Shown: in pieces, positions 52,633 to 60,291 of the stretch
Position numbering within the stretch: the stretch's first letter is position 1
How the letters are laid out: every line of letters begins with the position of its first letter
Position numbers and translations under genes: made by a program
Sequence record: MW481326.1
Reading direction: 5' to 3' (one strand)
DNA: 64,000 nucleotides
From: Escherichia phage vB_EcoM-Pr103Blw
The notes under the pieces: generated by a model
Told to the model about the DNA's origin: nothing
Databases searched by the model: none
The model's input: the letters and a program-made list of their open reading frames with translations, nothing else

Positions 52633-52656
52633 AGGCTGCTTCGGCGGCCTTTTTTA
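52633..52656 (+). terminator. rho-independent terminator
   Basis: GGCTGC-ttcg-GCGGCC followed by TTTTTTATTT. Confidence 0.55.
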
Positions 52657-52685
52657 TTTGTATTTTGTGCAGAGTGCTGTATAAT
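52657..52685 (+). promoter_or_regulatory. promoter-like element with TGTGCAG motif
   Basis: TTTGTA-17 nt-TATAAT with adjacent TG; contains TTGTGCAGAG resembling the 57.1-57.3 kb repeat unit. Confidence 0.35.
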
Positions 52686-52716
52686 TGTTGTCACGATAAA
52701 CTAAACAGGAGAACCA

Positions 52717-53265
52717 ATGAAGAAATTGATTCTAGGCTTGTGCTTAATGTTTACAGCACACTTATCTTATGCAGTTGACTGCCCAGAGCTAACAATTAGC
52801 CAAAAAGTAAACATGTTAAAAGCTTACCAGTATGGTGAGAATAATATGGGTAAAGGTTGGGGTATTACTCTAGCAGCTATAGCCTTACAAGAGTCAGAGT
52901 TAGGTCTGAAGGTAGAGAATAAAAAGACCCACGACTATGGTATTTTCCAGAATCACTTGAAGACTGTTGTAAAGCGTAACAAAATTAGTCCTAATGTGGC
53001 TAAAAAGAAACTCTTAAAAGATTTTGACTATGCAGCAAAAGAGACGCATAAAGAGCTTGAGTTTTGGACTAAGGTACATGGTCACCCGAAGTCAAAGAAG
53101 ACTTTACAAAAAGTTTTAGCATCATATAATGCTGGGTATTCGTACAAAATCCCTAAAGCTAAGAAATACTCTCAAGATGTCTATAACAATATGAAAGTTA
53201 TTGCTCAATGTGAATTTGCAACAAACATTTCTAAGGTAAATCATGAAAAAATTAAGAAAGTCTGA
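52717..53265 (+). CDS. secreted lytic transglycosylase-like protein (SLT/GH23-like)
   Basis: Signal peptide MKKLILGLCLMFTAHLSYA; AIALQESELG...DYGIFQ resembles SLT catalytic Glu-Ser region. Confidence 0.5.
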   Translation: MKKLILGLCLMFTAHLSYAVDCPELTISQKVNMLKAYQYGENNMGKGWGITLAAIALQESELGLKVENKKTHDYGIFQNHLKTVVKRNKISPNVAKKKLLKDFDYAAKETHKELEFWTKVHGHPKSKKTLQKVLASYNAGYSYKIPKAKKYSQDVYNNMKVIAQCEFATNISKVNHEKIKKV

Positions 53266-53938
53266 TGAAGTCCTGTGCCACGCTTATGACTTGCATCCTC
53301 ATGAGTTAGGTCTTGATTCCTGTGTATGGACTCCAGAACAGTGCAGGGATTTTGAAGACACTGCAAGAGAAGTTGTATGTTCACTTGAAGAGTTCCACAC
53401 ATCAGAACCAATTGTGAACGTTGTGGATAAAGAAACTGGACAAGCTATAGGTGTAAGTCGTGATAGTTTAGTCATAGTCAATAAAGACCTTGTAGAAAAA
53501 GGTAACCTCATCTTAGCAGATATTGATGGTGTTCTTACAAATTTTAATCACGAAGACTGCTCAACGGAATTGACTGATGGGTCATTCTCACAGTACACTA
53601 ATCTTCTTGACTCTGTAAGAGCAAAACCAACATATGTTTTTAGTATTATTGATGCAATTGCTAATCATGCTGCCATTGGACTCTTGACAGCGAGAGGTGA
53701 ATCTCAGAGAATACCTACTGAGATGTTTTTAAGGCATAACATAGAACATGATTACATGCTTTTTATGCGTGGTTTTGGAACTAACTCTATAAGTGCAGAA
53801 AGTTTAAAAGTGAGGATGATTCAGTCTTGCATTCTTCCTTATTTTAATATAGTATGCTTTATAGAAGATACAGAGAAGAATGTTCAGAAGGTTAACAGAA
53901 TCCTTCCACACATTAAAACCATGTTAGTTAAACATTGA
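53243..53938 (+). CDS. HAD-family phosphatase-like protein
   Basis: 231 aa; ILADIDGVLTNF matches HAD motif I (DxDGVL). Confidence 0.35.
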   Translation: MKKLRKSDEVLCHAYDLHPHELGLDSCVWTPEQCRDFEDTAREVVCSLEEFHTSEPIVNVVDKETGQAIGVSRDSLVIVNKDLVEKGNLILADIDGVLTNFNHEDCSTELTDGSFSQYTNLLDSVRAKPTYVFSIIDAIANHAAIGLLTARGESQRIPTEMFLRHNIEHDYMLFMRGFGTNSISAESLKVRMIQSCILPYFNIVCFIEDTEKNVQKVNRILPHIKTMLVKH

Positions 53939-53949
53939 GAGAAAAACTT

Positions 53950-54414
53950 ATGAACAATATCATTACGGTAGCACTGGACGATACGGCAAACAAATCTGAA
54001 GTAGTTCGTAAAATGATTCAAGGTAACTTTGAAGGTAAAATTTTCCGTGCTGTTAATGTAAAAGCTGATGGCAGCATTCGTGAATACCGTGCATTGTTGA
54101 ATGTTAAAAAGCACGTAAAAGGTGCTGGTTCAACGACTGCACACAAAGAAAACCTGATGACTATCTACGATATGGGTAAGGCTTCAGAGTTAGGTGCTGA
54201 AGGTATCGTTAAAGAAGGTGCTCCGTATCGCTCTTTCAATCTGGAAACTACTCTTATGCTTTCCTTTACAAGTGGTTCTAAAACAATCACTTATCTCTTT
54301 ACTGATGCTGCAACGGTATCTGCTATTAAGGATAGCACTGTCAAAGCTGGCGTAGTTGCTGCTGCAAAAGCTTCTTCGATGGCTGCAAATATCCTTGCTA
54401 AAGTCCTCGGTTAA
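53950..54414 (+). CDS. hypothetical protein
   Basis: ATG 53950 (track start 53935 is TTG); about 154 aa, Ala-rich C-terminus. Confidence 0.45.
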   Translation: MNNIITVALDDTANKSEVVRKMIQGNFEGKIFRAVNVKADGSIREYRALLNVKKHVKGAGSTTAHKENLMTIYDMGKASELGAEGIVKEGAPYRSFNLETTLMLSFTSGSKTITYLFTDAATVSAIKDSTVKAGVVAAAKASSMAANILAKVLG

Positions 54415-54426
54415 GGTTAAGATACA

Positions 54427-54447
54427 GGCTCCTTCGGGAGCCTTTTT
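54427..54447 (+). terminator. rho-independent terminator
   Basis: GGCTCC-ttcg-GGAGCC followed by TTTTTCATTT. Confidence 0.6.
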
Positions 54448-54466
54448 CATTTCAGGAGATTGCTAA

Positions 54467-54814
54467 ATGACATTTAAAGAGTTCTGTCAAGCTACTTTCA
54501 TAATTGTTTTCTTAGTTGGGGCAGGTGTCTGGGGAGGATACTCTTACAGAGACTACCAAGTTGCTGAAGCTGAGTTAAGCAATGAGAAACTAATAAGTGT
54601 TGCTAAAGATGCTTATCAGGAAGGTTTAGCCACACTCAGCACCAATTACAAAAATGATTTGAAAGATGTGCTTGCTAAGAATAAGCACACAAAAGAGGTA
54701 CTAACATATGAAAAAACTAAGCCAGAGTTTTATAATGTTTGTGTTACTGATAATTATGTCAGGGTGTTCAACGAACAAAGTGAACAGTACATTCAAAAAC
54801 TACCAAGTAAGTGA
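54467..54814 (+). CDS. putative i-spanin (Rz-like)
   Basis: 115 aa; N-terminal TM (ATFIIVFLVGAGVWGGY) then coiled-coil periplasmic domain; o-spanin-like gene embedded at its 3' end. Confidence 0.5.
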   Translation: MTFKEFCQATFIIVFLVGAGVWGGYSYRDYQVAEAELSNEKLISVAKDAYQEGLATLSTNYKNDLKDVLAKNKHTKEVLTYEKTKPEFYNVCVTDNYVRVFNEQSEQYIQKLPSK

Positions 54815-54977
54815 GAGTGACAAGTACACTCAAGAAGAGTCAAGATTCACTGTCAAAGGTAATACTGGTAGTGATGTGGCAGCAGCCCTTGAGTTTTATC
54901 GTGATGGTTTTTACCAGTGCACAATCAAAGCTAATAACCTTATTGATATGATTTTATTAGGAAATAAACAGCAATGA
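54708..54977 (+). CDS. putative o-spanin (Rz1-like lipoprotein)
   Basis: 89 aa; lipoprotein signal with lipobox (LLIIMSGC); starts inside i-spanin gene in another frame. Confidence 0.5.
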   Translation: MKKLSQSFIMFVLLIIMSGCSTNKVNSTFKNYQVSESDKYTQEESRFTVKGNTGSDVAAALEFYRDGFYQCTIKANNLIDMILLGNKQQ

Positions 54978-55243
54978 CAGAGAATGAAGATACTTTTTAC
55001 GTAGAAGGGTACTTACTGTTACCGCGACCAAAAGAAACTTATATGCGAATTGACTTCATACCAACCATTATGGATAATGTGATGTGTCATATCTTTATGC
55101 AAGGTGTCACAGCACAGCTTAAGCATGTTGGTAAGGAGTGCAAAATAAAGGTTGACACTCATCCAGAAATCAAAGAGAATCACTACACATGGTTCTTACC
55201 AGATTCTAAAGAAATCTTAGCAGTTCTTAAAACGAGGAAATGA
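54974..55243 (+). CDS. hypothetical protein
   Basis: 89 aa, ATGA-coupled. Confidence 0.45.
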   Translation: MTENEDTFYVEGYLLLPRPKETYMRIDFIPTIMDNVMCHIFMQGVTAQLKHVGKECKIKVDTHPEIKENHYTWFLPDSKEILAVLKTRK

Positions 55244-55554
55244 TTATGCAATTCCAGCCAACAAATCGTGGATTTTCTTATGCAGAATTTAAAGATGCTA
55301 AAGGGGAAATTTGTACTTTACAAGAGAGTTCATCATACGAACCATGTATCTGGTTAGGTGCTAAAGAGGTCTCTGTTCAGTACCTAGATAATGGCTGGAA
55401 AGCACTTGATATCCCAGCATTAGTAGGTAAAGACTTTGTAGGTAATCAAAGAATGAAGCTCAATCAAGAACAGGTAAAAGAATTGTTGCCGTACCTTCAA
55501 TACTTTGCTGAAAATGGTGAATTACCAACAGAGGAACTTACAAATGCAGATTAA
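55240..55554 (+). CDS. hypothetical protein
   Basis: 104 aa, ATGA-coupled. Confidence 0.45.
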   Translation: MIMQFQPTNRGFSYAEFKDAKGEICTLQESSSYEPCIWLGAKEVSVQYLDNGWKALDIPALVGKDFVGNQRMKLNQEQVKELLPYLQYFAENGELPTEELTNAD

Positions 55555-55870
55555 TGGAAGAGACTTTGTAGCCGTTTACTACGAGAAAGGTAAAGAAGTT
55601 GGCGTAGCGCAAGTATCTTATGGCAATGGTAAGTGGCTATATGGAACAATCGCAGTAGTCGGAACAAGAAGTGATACAAAAACTTTTAAAGATTGTGTTG
55701 ACCTTCTTGAAGAATCCATCCAGAATCATTGGTGTCTGATATGGATGACTGATAACGAAGTGATGGAGCGTTTCAAAAAGATTGGTATCAGCATTGACAG
55801 TATTGAGCATGTTGATTTATATGAGCTAACTGAGAAGGTAAACTATGAAAGTAATACTAGCCAGAGATAA
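55544..55870 (+). CDS. hypothetical protein
   Basis: ATG 55544 with GAGGA SD (track start 55505 overlaps previous gene by 50 nt). Confidence 0.4.
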   Translation: MQINGRDFVAVYYEKGKEVGVAQVSYGNGKWLYGTIAVVGTRSDTKTFKDCVDLLEESIQNHWCLIWMTDNEVMERFKKIGISIDSIEHVDLYELTEKVNYESNTSQR

Positions 55871-56078
55871 AAAGACCCGTAAGATTGTAAGTTCAGCAGT
55901 ATTCATAGGAAGAGATGAAGTCGTTCCGTTTGCAGGGGAAGATGTGTTAACTTATAAGAAGGGATTAAAACGTAAATTCAGTGACCGTTTACGTGGCTTC
56001 ATCTCTGAACCATTAGAAGACTTTAAAAGTCGCTGTGGTAAAGGCATCATCACTCAAGAGGTAATTATTCATGGCTGA
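55845..56078 (+). CDS. hypothetical protein
   Basis: 77 aa. Confidence 0.4.
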   Translation: MKVILARDKKTRKIVSSAVFIGRDEVVPFAGEDVLTYKKGLKRKFSDRLRGFISEPLEDFKSRCGKGIITQEVIIHG

Positions 56079-56271
56079 TTTCTGCAAAGACTGTTCTATC
56101 GAAATGTTTGGACGTGATACAGGTGACTTAAAAGGTCTCATCACTGAAGATGATTTTAAAGCTGGCTACGCAATGCCAGTAATCTGTGAAGGCTGTGGGT
56201 GCATCTGGGTAGACCACGAAGGACAGCGTGTAAAACCTTCAGAAGATAAAGAATCTTGGGAGAGATGTTAA
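56071..56271 (+). CDS. small zinc-ribbon protein
   Basis: 66 aa with CKDC ... CEGCGC cysteine pairs. Confidence 0.4.
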   Translation: MADFCKDCSIEMFGRDTGDLKGLITEDDFKAGYAMPVICEGCGCIWVDHEGQRVKPSEDKESWERC

Positions 56272-57057
56272 ATGGGTATTGTAAAAATCATCAATGGTGA
56301 TATCTTTGCTGCATTTGATAAAGGTAAGTTTGACATCATTGGTCATGGTTGTAACTGCATGAACCTAATGGGTGCAGGTATCGCTGACAAGATTTCTAAA
56401 CTTTACCCAAAAGCATATGAGACCGATACAGAAGTTTATCTATATGCAGGTGGTATAGGACACAAACCCTGTGAAAATTTACTGGGTAATTTCTCTGTAG
56501 CACGTTTAAAACAAGGTCGTATAGCCAACCTTTACACTCAGCTTAAGACTGGTAAAGATGCCCGATACAGTGCTTTAGAGTTATCTTTGAAACAGCTTAA
56601 CAGATACTGTGAAGTTAATCAGTTGAAGAAAGTTGGTTTACCTATGATTGGCGCAGGTATCGGTGGGTTGGACCCTCAAGCCGTCACAGTTATCATCAAT
56701 CAGGTGATGAAGAGTGTAGATGTTTATCTATATGTCTATGAAGGAGAGATGTACCACAAGTTACGCTCAGGTTGGAAGAACTACTGTGAACCAGAATACT
56801 TTGCAGGTGTAGTTGTGTTCACGGATAATGCAGTTACCCTCTTCAGACGAAGAAAAGGTAAGATACATCAAAGTAACCCTCCGGTTGAGAAGATGTCTCT
56901 AAGTAACGCTCTAGTTACCCACCTGTCGAAGAGCAATCACAGGATAGCCGTAACATTTGGCAGTGATGCAGATACATATATTTATGCAAGAACTGATGAG
57001 GATATTGAGACGGTCTTCTCTTCACCGGAAGTTACCTTCTTAGACGCAAAGAACTAA
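56272..57057 (+). CDS. macro-domain protein (ADP-ribose binding/processing) with C-terminal extension
   Basis: N-terminus NGDIFAAFDKGKFDIIGHGCNCMNLMGAGIA and later LPMIGAGIGGL match macro-domain Gly-rich ADP-ribose-binding loops. Confidence 0.6.
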   Translation: MGIVKIINGDIFAAFDKGKFDIIGHGCNCMNLMGAGIADKISKLYPKAYETDTEVYLYAGGIGHKPCENLLGNFSVARLKQGRIANLYTQLKTGKDARYSALELSLKQLNRYCEVNQLKKVGLPMIGAGIGGLDPQAVTVIINQVMKSVDVYLYVYEGEMYHKLRSGWKNYCEPEYFAGVVVFTDNAVTLFRRRKGKIHQSNPPVEKMSLSNALVTHLSKSNHRIAVTFGSDADTYIYARTDEDIETVFSSPEVTFLDAKN

Positions 57058-57131
57058 GAAACTCTGTATAATATTCACAATAGACTAAGCCTTTCTTATC
57101 TGGTAAATTTTTCAGGTAAGGAGGGCTTTTT

Positions 57132-57320
57132 CATTTCAGGATTGTGCAGGTATATATCTATAGAGAAATCTGTAGAGAGAATTTTGAACTCCAAAGAGAA
57201 AATTCATTTTCAAACTGTGCAGGTAATCTCCAAAGAGCTTTTTCATTTTCAAAACGTGCAGACCCCGCTCAGGTCGGGCAAGAAAAATCATTTTAGAATT
57301 GTGCAGGTAGGTTTTTATAG
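57132..57320. repeat. array of four direct repeats (consensus TTCATTTTCAAAAcTGTGCAGGTA)
   Basis: Copies near 57132, 57205, 57243, 57288; non-coding (track ORFs on both strands here only translate the repeat). Confidence 0.6.
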
Positions 57321-57330
57321 AGAGCCAGAC

Positions 57331-57365
57331 CAACCCCTCTCCCCCTCTTACTCCCCCTCTCCCCA
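57331..57365 (-). other. G-quadruplex-capable tract on - strand (C-rich on + strand)
   Basis: + strand CCCCTCTCCCCCTCTTACTCCCCCTCTCCCC gives four G-runs of >=4 with short loops on - strand; unusual in AT-rich genome. Confidence 0.45.
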
Positions 57366-57484
57366 AAAGTCAAGAGAAAAATTTGTAGCGGATTGAAAAA
57401 TAATTCTTGATTTGTGTTCTGTTTTGTGGTAGTCGTGTGCGCACGTTTCATTACAGTTTTCCAAAAATATTTTTAAAATTTTTC

Positions 57485-57578
57485 TTGACTCTTTGAACGG
57501 GGTTATCTAGTATTTGCATCAACGGGGAGGGAATGACCTTTCCCACTAAGTAAAGTCCTTAAATTAGGAGATTCAAAA
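57485..57578 (+). promoter_or_regulatory. early promoter plus conserved leader cassette, copy 1
   Basis: TTGACT-17 nt-TAGTAT, then leader TCAACGGGGAGGGAATGACCTTTCCCACTAAGTAAAGTCCTTAAATTAGGAGATTCAAAA-ATG. Confidence 0.65.
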
Positions 57579-57959
57579 ATGGCATATCGTGCACCTAAAT
57601 TCATCAACAAAGACAACTTTCGCAACGCACTGGAGAAGTCACTTGATGAGAATTTTAAAGGTAACGTTATTGTTGTTCACTCGTTCAATTTTAAGTATGA
57701 TATCAACGGGAATAAAATCAACCATTACACGGCAACCATGTTAGATGGCACTCTTTCAAGTGAAAAAACAATTCTACATGCACTTGCTGGGCGTGGAAAA
57801 AACCTGATAAGGTGCGATAAGAGACGTTATCAGGGTGGCGCATATGGTTACGATGACGCTATTTATCATCTTGAAAATATGGGCTATCAAGTAGAAAAAG
57901 CTGGAGTATCACAAATCATCGGGAGCGATGGTTATGTAACAATCTTCAAAATTAACTGA
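57579..57959 (+). CDS. early protein, unknown function
   Basis: 126 aa; starts right after conserved leader/RBS. Confidence 0.6.
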   Translation: MAYRAPKFINKDNFRNALEKSLDENFKGNVIVVHSFNFKYDINGNKINHYTATMLDGTLSSEKTILHALAGRGKNLIRCDKRRYQGGAYGYDDAIYHLENMGYQVEKAGVSQIIGSDGYVTIFKIN

Positions 57960-58048
57960 TAAAGTACTTTACAAGGGGCTTATAGTTCGATAAAGTAAGC
58001 CCCAGATAAAGAGCTTTACCACTCAATCCTAAATTGGAGAACTAAAAA
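57960..58048 (+). promoter_or_regulatory. intercistronic palindrome-hairpin element, copy 1
   Basis: Palindrome TAAAGTACTTTA, hairpin GGGGCTTA...TAAGCCCC, then AGATAAAGAGCTTTACCACTCAATCCTAAATTGGAGA...ATG. Confidence 0.55.
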
Positions 58049-58339
58049 ATGGCTATTATCAAAAACGTTGTAATTACTGCAAAGACTCGTGATGACGCTC
58101 GCGTTATGGCTAAAAAGTTAGGCGGGAAAGTGGTTGACAACGGAAAACAATCTGCTGTAAGGTGGGGCGTGAAGGCTGATAAGCAGTTGAGGTTAAAAAA
58201 TTCACCGATAAACCTTTTTACATGTGTAAACACTATCGGGAAGACAAATGTATACACGAAAAAGGCATACATTAGACGCGTAGCATTAACATCCCCCATT
58301 CGTACAATGAGAAGTTATGCAAAGCTGAAAATTAACTGA
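58049..58339 (+). CDS. early protein, unknown function (basic)
   Basis: 96 aa; follows element copy 1; ends ...KLKIN like preceding gene (...IFKIN). Confidence 0.6.
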   Translation: MAIIKNVVITAKTRDDARVMAKKLGGKVVDNGKQSAVRWGVKADKQLRLKNSPINLFTCVNTIGKTNVYTKKAYIRRVALTSPIRTMRSYAKLKIN

Positions 58340-58427
58340 TAAAGTACTTTACAGGGGGCTTAAAAGTTGATATCTTAAGCCCCAGATAAAGAGCTTTACC
58401 ACTAAATCCTAAACTGGAGATTCAAAA
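58340..58427 (+). promoter_or_regulatory. intercistronic palindrome-hairpin element, copy 2
   Basis: TAAAGTACTTTA + GGGGGCTTAA...TTAAGCCCC + conserved RBS leader. Confidence 0.55.
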
Positions 58428-58724
58428 ATGAAACTATCAAATAAAGTCCGTGAAAATCTAAGCAAGTTACTTAATAAAATTGATTTCATTGAAACATCAA
58501 GGAATAGTCATGATGTTATGGAATGGTTACACGGAAAAATCAAAGGCCGTCGTGTAGTGATTTGCTTATGGAATAGTTGCAGGGAATATAAAAAACCTGT
58601 ATTGCAAGTCAATATCTATGATGATACTTTTAAAAGCCCTGTAAAGTCTAAAAGCGATTTATTAGAATCCTATGAGATAACTGTAAATGGCAAAGTATCA
58701 CGTAAAGAGGAAACACCATGCTAA
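58428..58724 (+). CDS. early protein, unknown function
   Basis: 98 aa. Confidence 0.6.
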   Translation: MKLSNKVRENLSKLLNKIDFIETSRNSHDVMEWLHGKIKGRRVVICLWNSCREYKKPVLQVNIYDDTFKSPVKSKSDLLESYEITVNGKVSRKEETPC

Positions 58725-59050
58725 TGACTGGTATCACTGCAATCATTGCCATTTTCGCGCTATATAAGGCATATAAAGCCTATAATCTAGCAAATAAGGC
58801 AATCACACAGCAGGTTAGCAATAACCTTGTAGAGAGCTTTCTAGGGCGTTTAAGTGATGAGCAAATAAAGCGGCTAGAGATGAGCTTCAGATATAAAGCG
58901 AAAACCTATCAAATAAGTGACATCTTCAAAGATGATTTTCAGTTAGTTGATGATTATAATTCTCTGATAAATGCTTTAAATATCAGTGACTTAAAAGACT
59001 ACTACGCTGTAATTGTTCAAGAATTGAGCAAACGAAAACAAAACTGTTGA
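58718..59050 (+). CDS. early membrane-anchored protein, unknown function
   Basis: 110 aa; N-terminal hydrophobic segment (LMTGITAIIAIFALY). Confidence 0.5.
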   Translation: MLMTGITAIIAIFALYKAYKAYNLANKAITQQVSNNLVESFLGRLSDEQIKRLEMSFRYKAKTYQISDIFKDDFQLVDDYNSLINALNISDLKDYYAVIVQELSKRKQNC

Positions 59051-59138
59051 CACTGGTTTTTAGATAGATTAAATTACACATCAACGGGGAGGGAATGACC
59101 TTCCCCACTAAATAAAGTCCTAAACTGGAGATTCTAAA
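59047..59138 (+). promoter_or_regulatory. early promoter plus conserved leader cassette, copy 2
   Basis: TTGACA-17 nt-TAAATT then leader with GGGGAGGGAATGACCTTCCCC hairpin and AGGAGA... wait-free RBS GGAGATTCTAAA-ATG. Confidence 0.65.
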
Positions 59139-59411
59139 ATGTATACTACTAACAACGGTCGCACTTTAAATGTCACACTACGTCACTATGTAGATGGTGT
59201 CATGCACTTTGAAGACTTACAAGCTGAACAACATATCTTAGATTGGCAAGTCGCAGGACTCCAAAAAACTGCTACGGGATACGGTAAAAAAATTCCAACC
59301 AGTTGGAAAGTACACTACGAAGGACGTTTGCGCAGAATTTATCAGGATGTGCAAAGCAATAGTGCATCGAGTTACATTATAGTAAAAGGTAAAAAACTGC
59401 ATTTAGTGTAA
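59139..59411 (+). CDS. early protein, unknown function
   Basis: 90 aa. Confidence 0.6.
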   Translation: MYTTNNGRTLNVTLRHYVDGVMHFEDLQAEQHILDWQVAGLQKTATGYGKKIPTSWKVHYEGRLRRIYQDVQSNSASSYIIVKGKKLHLV

Positions 59412-59495
59412 AGTACTTTACAGGGGGTTATCAAGCTGATAAGATAACCCCAGATAAAGAGCTTTACCACTCAATCCTAAATTGGAGATTCTAAA
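59409..59495 (+). promoter_or_regulatory. intercistronic palindrome-hairpin element, copy 3
   Basis: TAAAGTACTTTA overlapping stop codon; hairpin GGGGTTATC...GATAACCCC (stem co-varies relative to other copies). Confidence 0.55.
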
Positions 59496-59900
59496 ATGGC
59501 TATTAATAACCGTGAATTATCAATCTTAAAAGCACGTTTGACCGTCAACCGGATTAATGTTCTGACATCATCAGCGCCTGATGAGACATTGCACAACATT
59601 ATCGGAAAGATTCAAAGTGTTATCTTAGACGTTGAAAACGTAAAAAACTCATTGGCTGACGTTGCAGCAGGTATCACGCTAGACGGTGCGCAATATGAAA
59701 TGATTGATATGTTAGGCAAATCAAAGGTTATGAATAAAGAGTTAGACCTAAAAATGTTTCGATTTGCCGTGAAAGTATGGCTATCTGTCGAGTATGATGC
59801 TAATTTTGCAATCGCTGATTTCTTCGCCACTTGGTTACAACGTAATTTGACAAATCACGATTTTCGTGGCATCTGCGATGCAATTTATGCAGAACTCTAA
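59496..59900 (+). CDS. early protein, unknown function
   Basis: 134 aa. Confidence 0.6.
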   Translation: MAINNRELSILKARLTVNRINVLTSSAPDETLHNIIGKIQSVILDVENVKNSLADVAAGITLDGAQYEMIDMLGKSKVMNKELDLKMFRFAVKVWLSVEYDANFAIADFFATWLQRNLTNHDFRGICDAIYAEL

Positions 59901-59909
59901 AAAATTTTG

Positions 59910-60003
59910 TTGACACTGGTTTTTAGATAGATTAAATTACACATCAACGGGGAGGGAATGACCTTCCCCACTAAATAAAGTCCTTAAACTAGGAGATTCA
60001 AAA
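59910..60003 (+). promoter_or_regulatory. early promoter plus conserved leader cassette, copy 3
   Basis: About 95 bp nearly identical to copy 2 (TTGACACTGGTTTTTAGATAGATTAAATTACACATCAACGGGG...). Confidence 0.65.
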
Positions 60004-60207
60004 ATGGCTATTATTAACGGTTTAACCATTGAAACTACACACATCAAAGATATCAAAGTTGGTGATATAGTCCTTTCCCACGGCGTAGAAAAAACTGTCA
60101 CTGCAAAGGATATCAAAGAGGATTCTTTCATGGGTAGGACTCTCTTCGGTGATTCTTATTGCTTAGGTTATCTTGCAGTTTTAAAAGTTGTCAAAATTAA
60201 CAAATAA
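60004..60207 (+). CDS. early protein, unknown function
   Basis: 67 aa. Confidence 0.55.
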   Translation: MAIINGLTIETTHIKDIKVGDIVLSHGVEKTVTAKDIKEDSFMGRTLFGDSYCLGYLAVLKVVKINK

Positions 60208-60291
60208 AGTACTTTACAAGGGGCTTATAAGTCTGTAAAGTAAGCCCCAGATAAAGAGCTTTACACAATCCTTAAACTAGGAGATTCAAAA
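60205..60291 (+). promoter_or_regulatory. intercistronic palindrome-hairpin element, copy 4
   Basis: TAAAGTACTTTA overlapping stop; hairpin GGGGCTTAT...TAAGCCCC; conserved RBS leader. Confidence 0.55.

Noticed and set aside
57136-57396. ORF-track entries 57136..57366 (-) and 57142..57396 (+) as protein-coding genes
   Set aside because: Both lie entirely within the direct-repeat array and C-rich tract; their translations are the repeats read in frame (IHFQTVQV / FHFQNVQT / NHFRIVQV), they lack a credible RBS, and the region has the hallmarks of a regulatory intergenic spacer.
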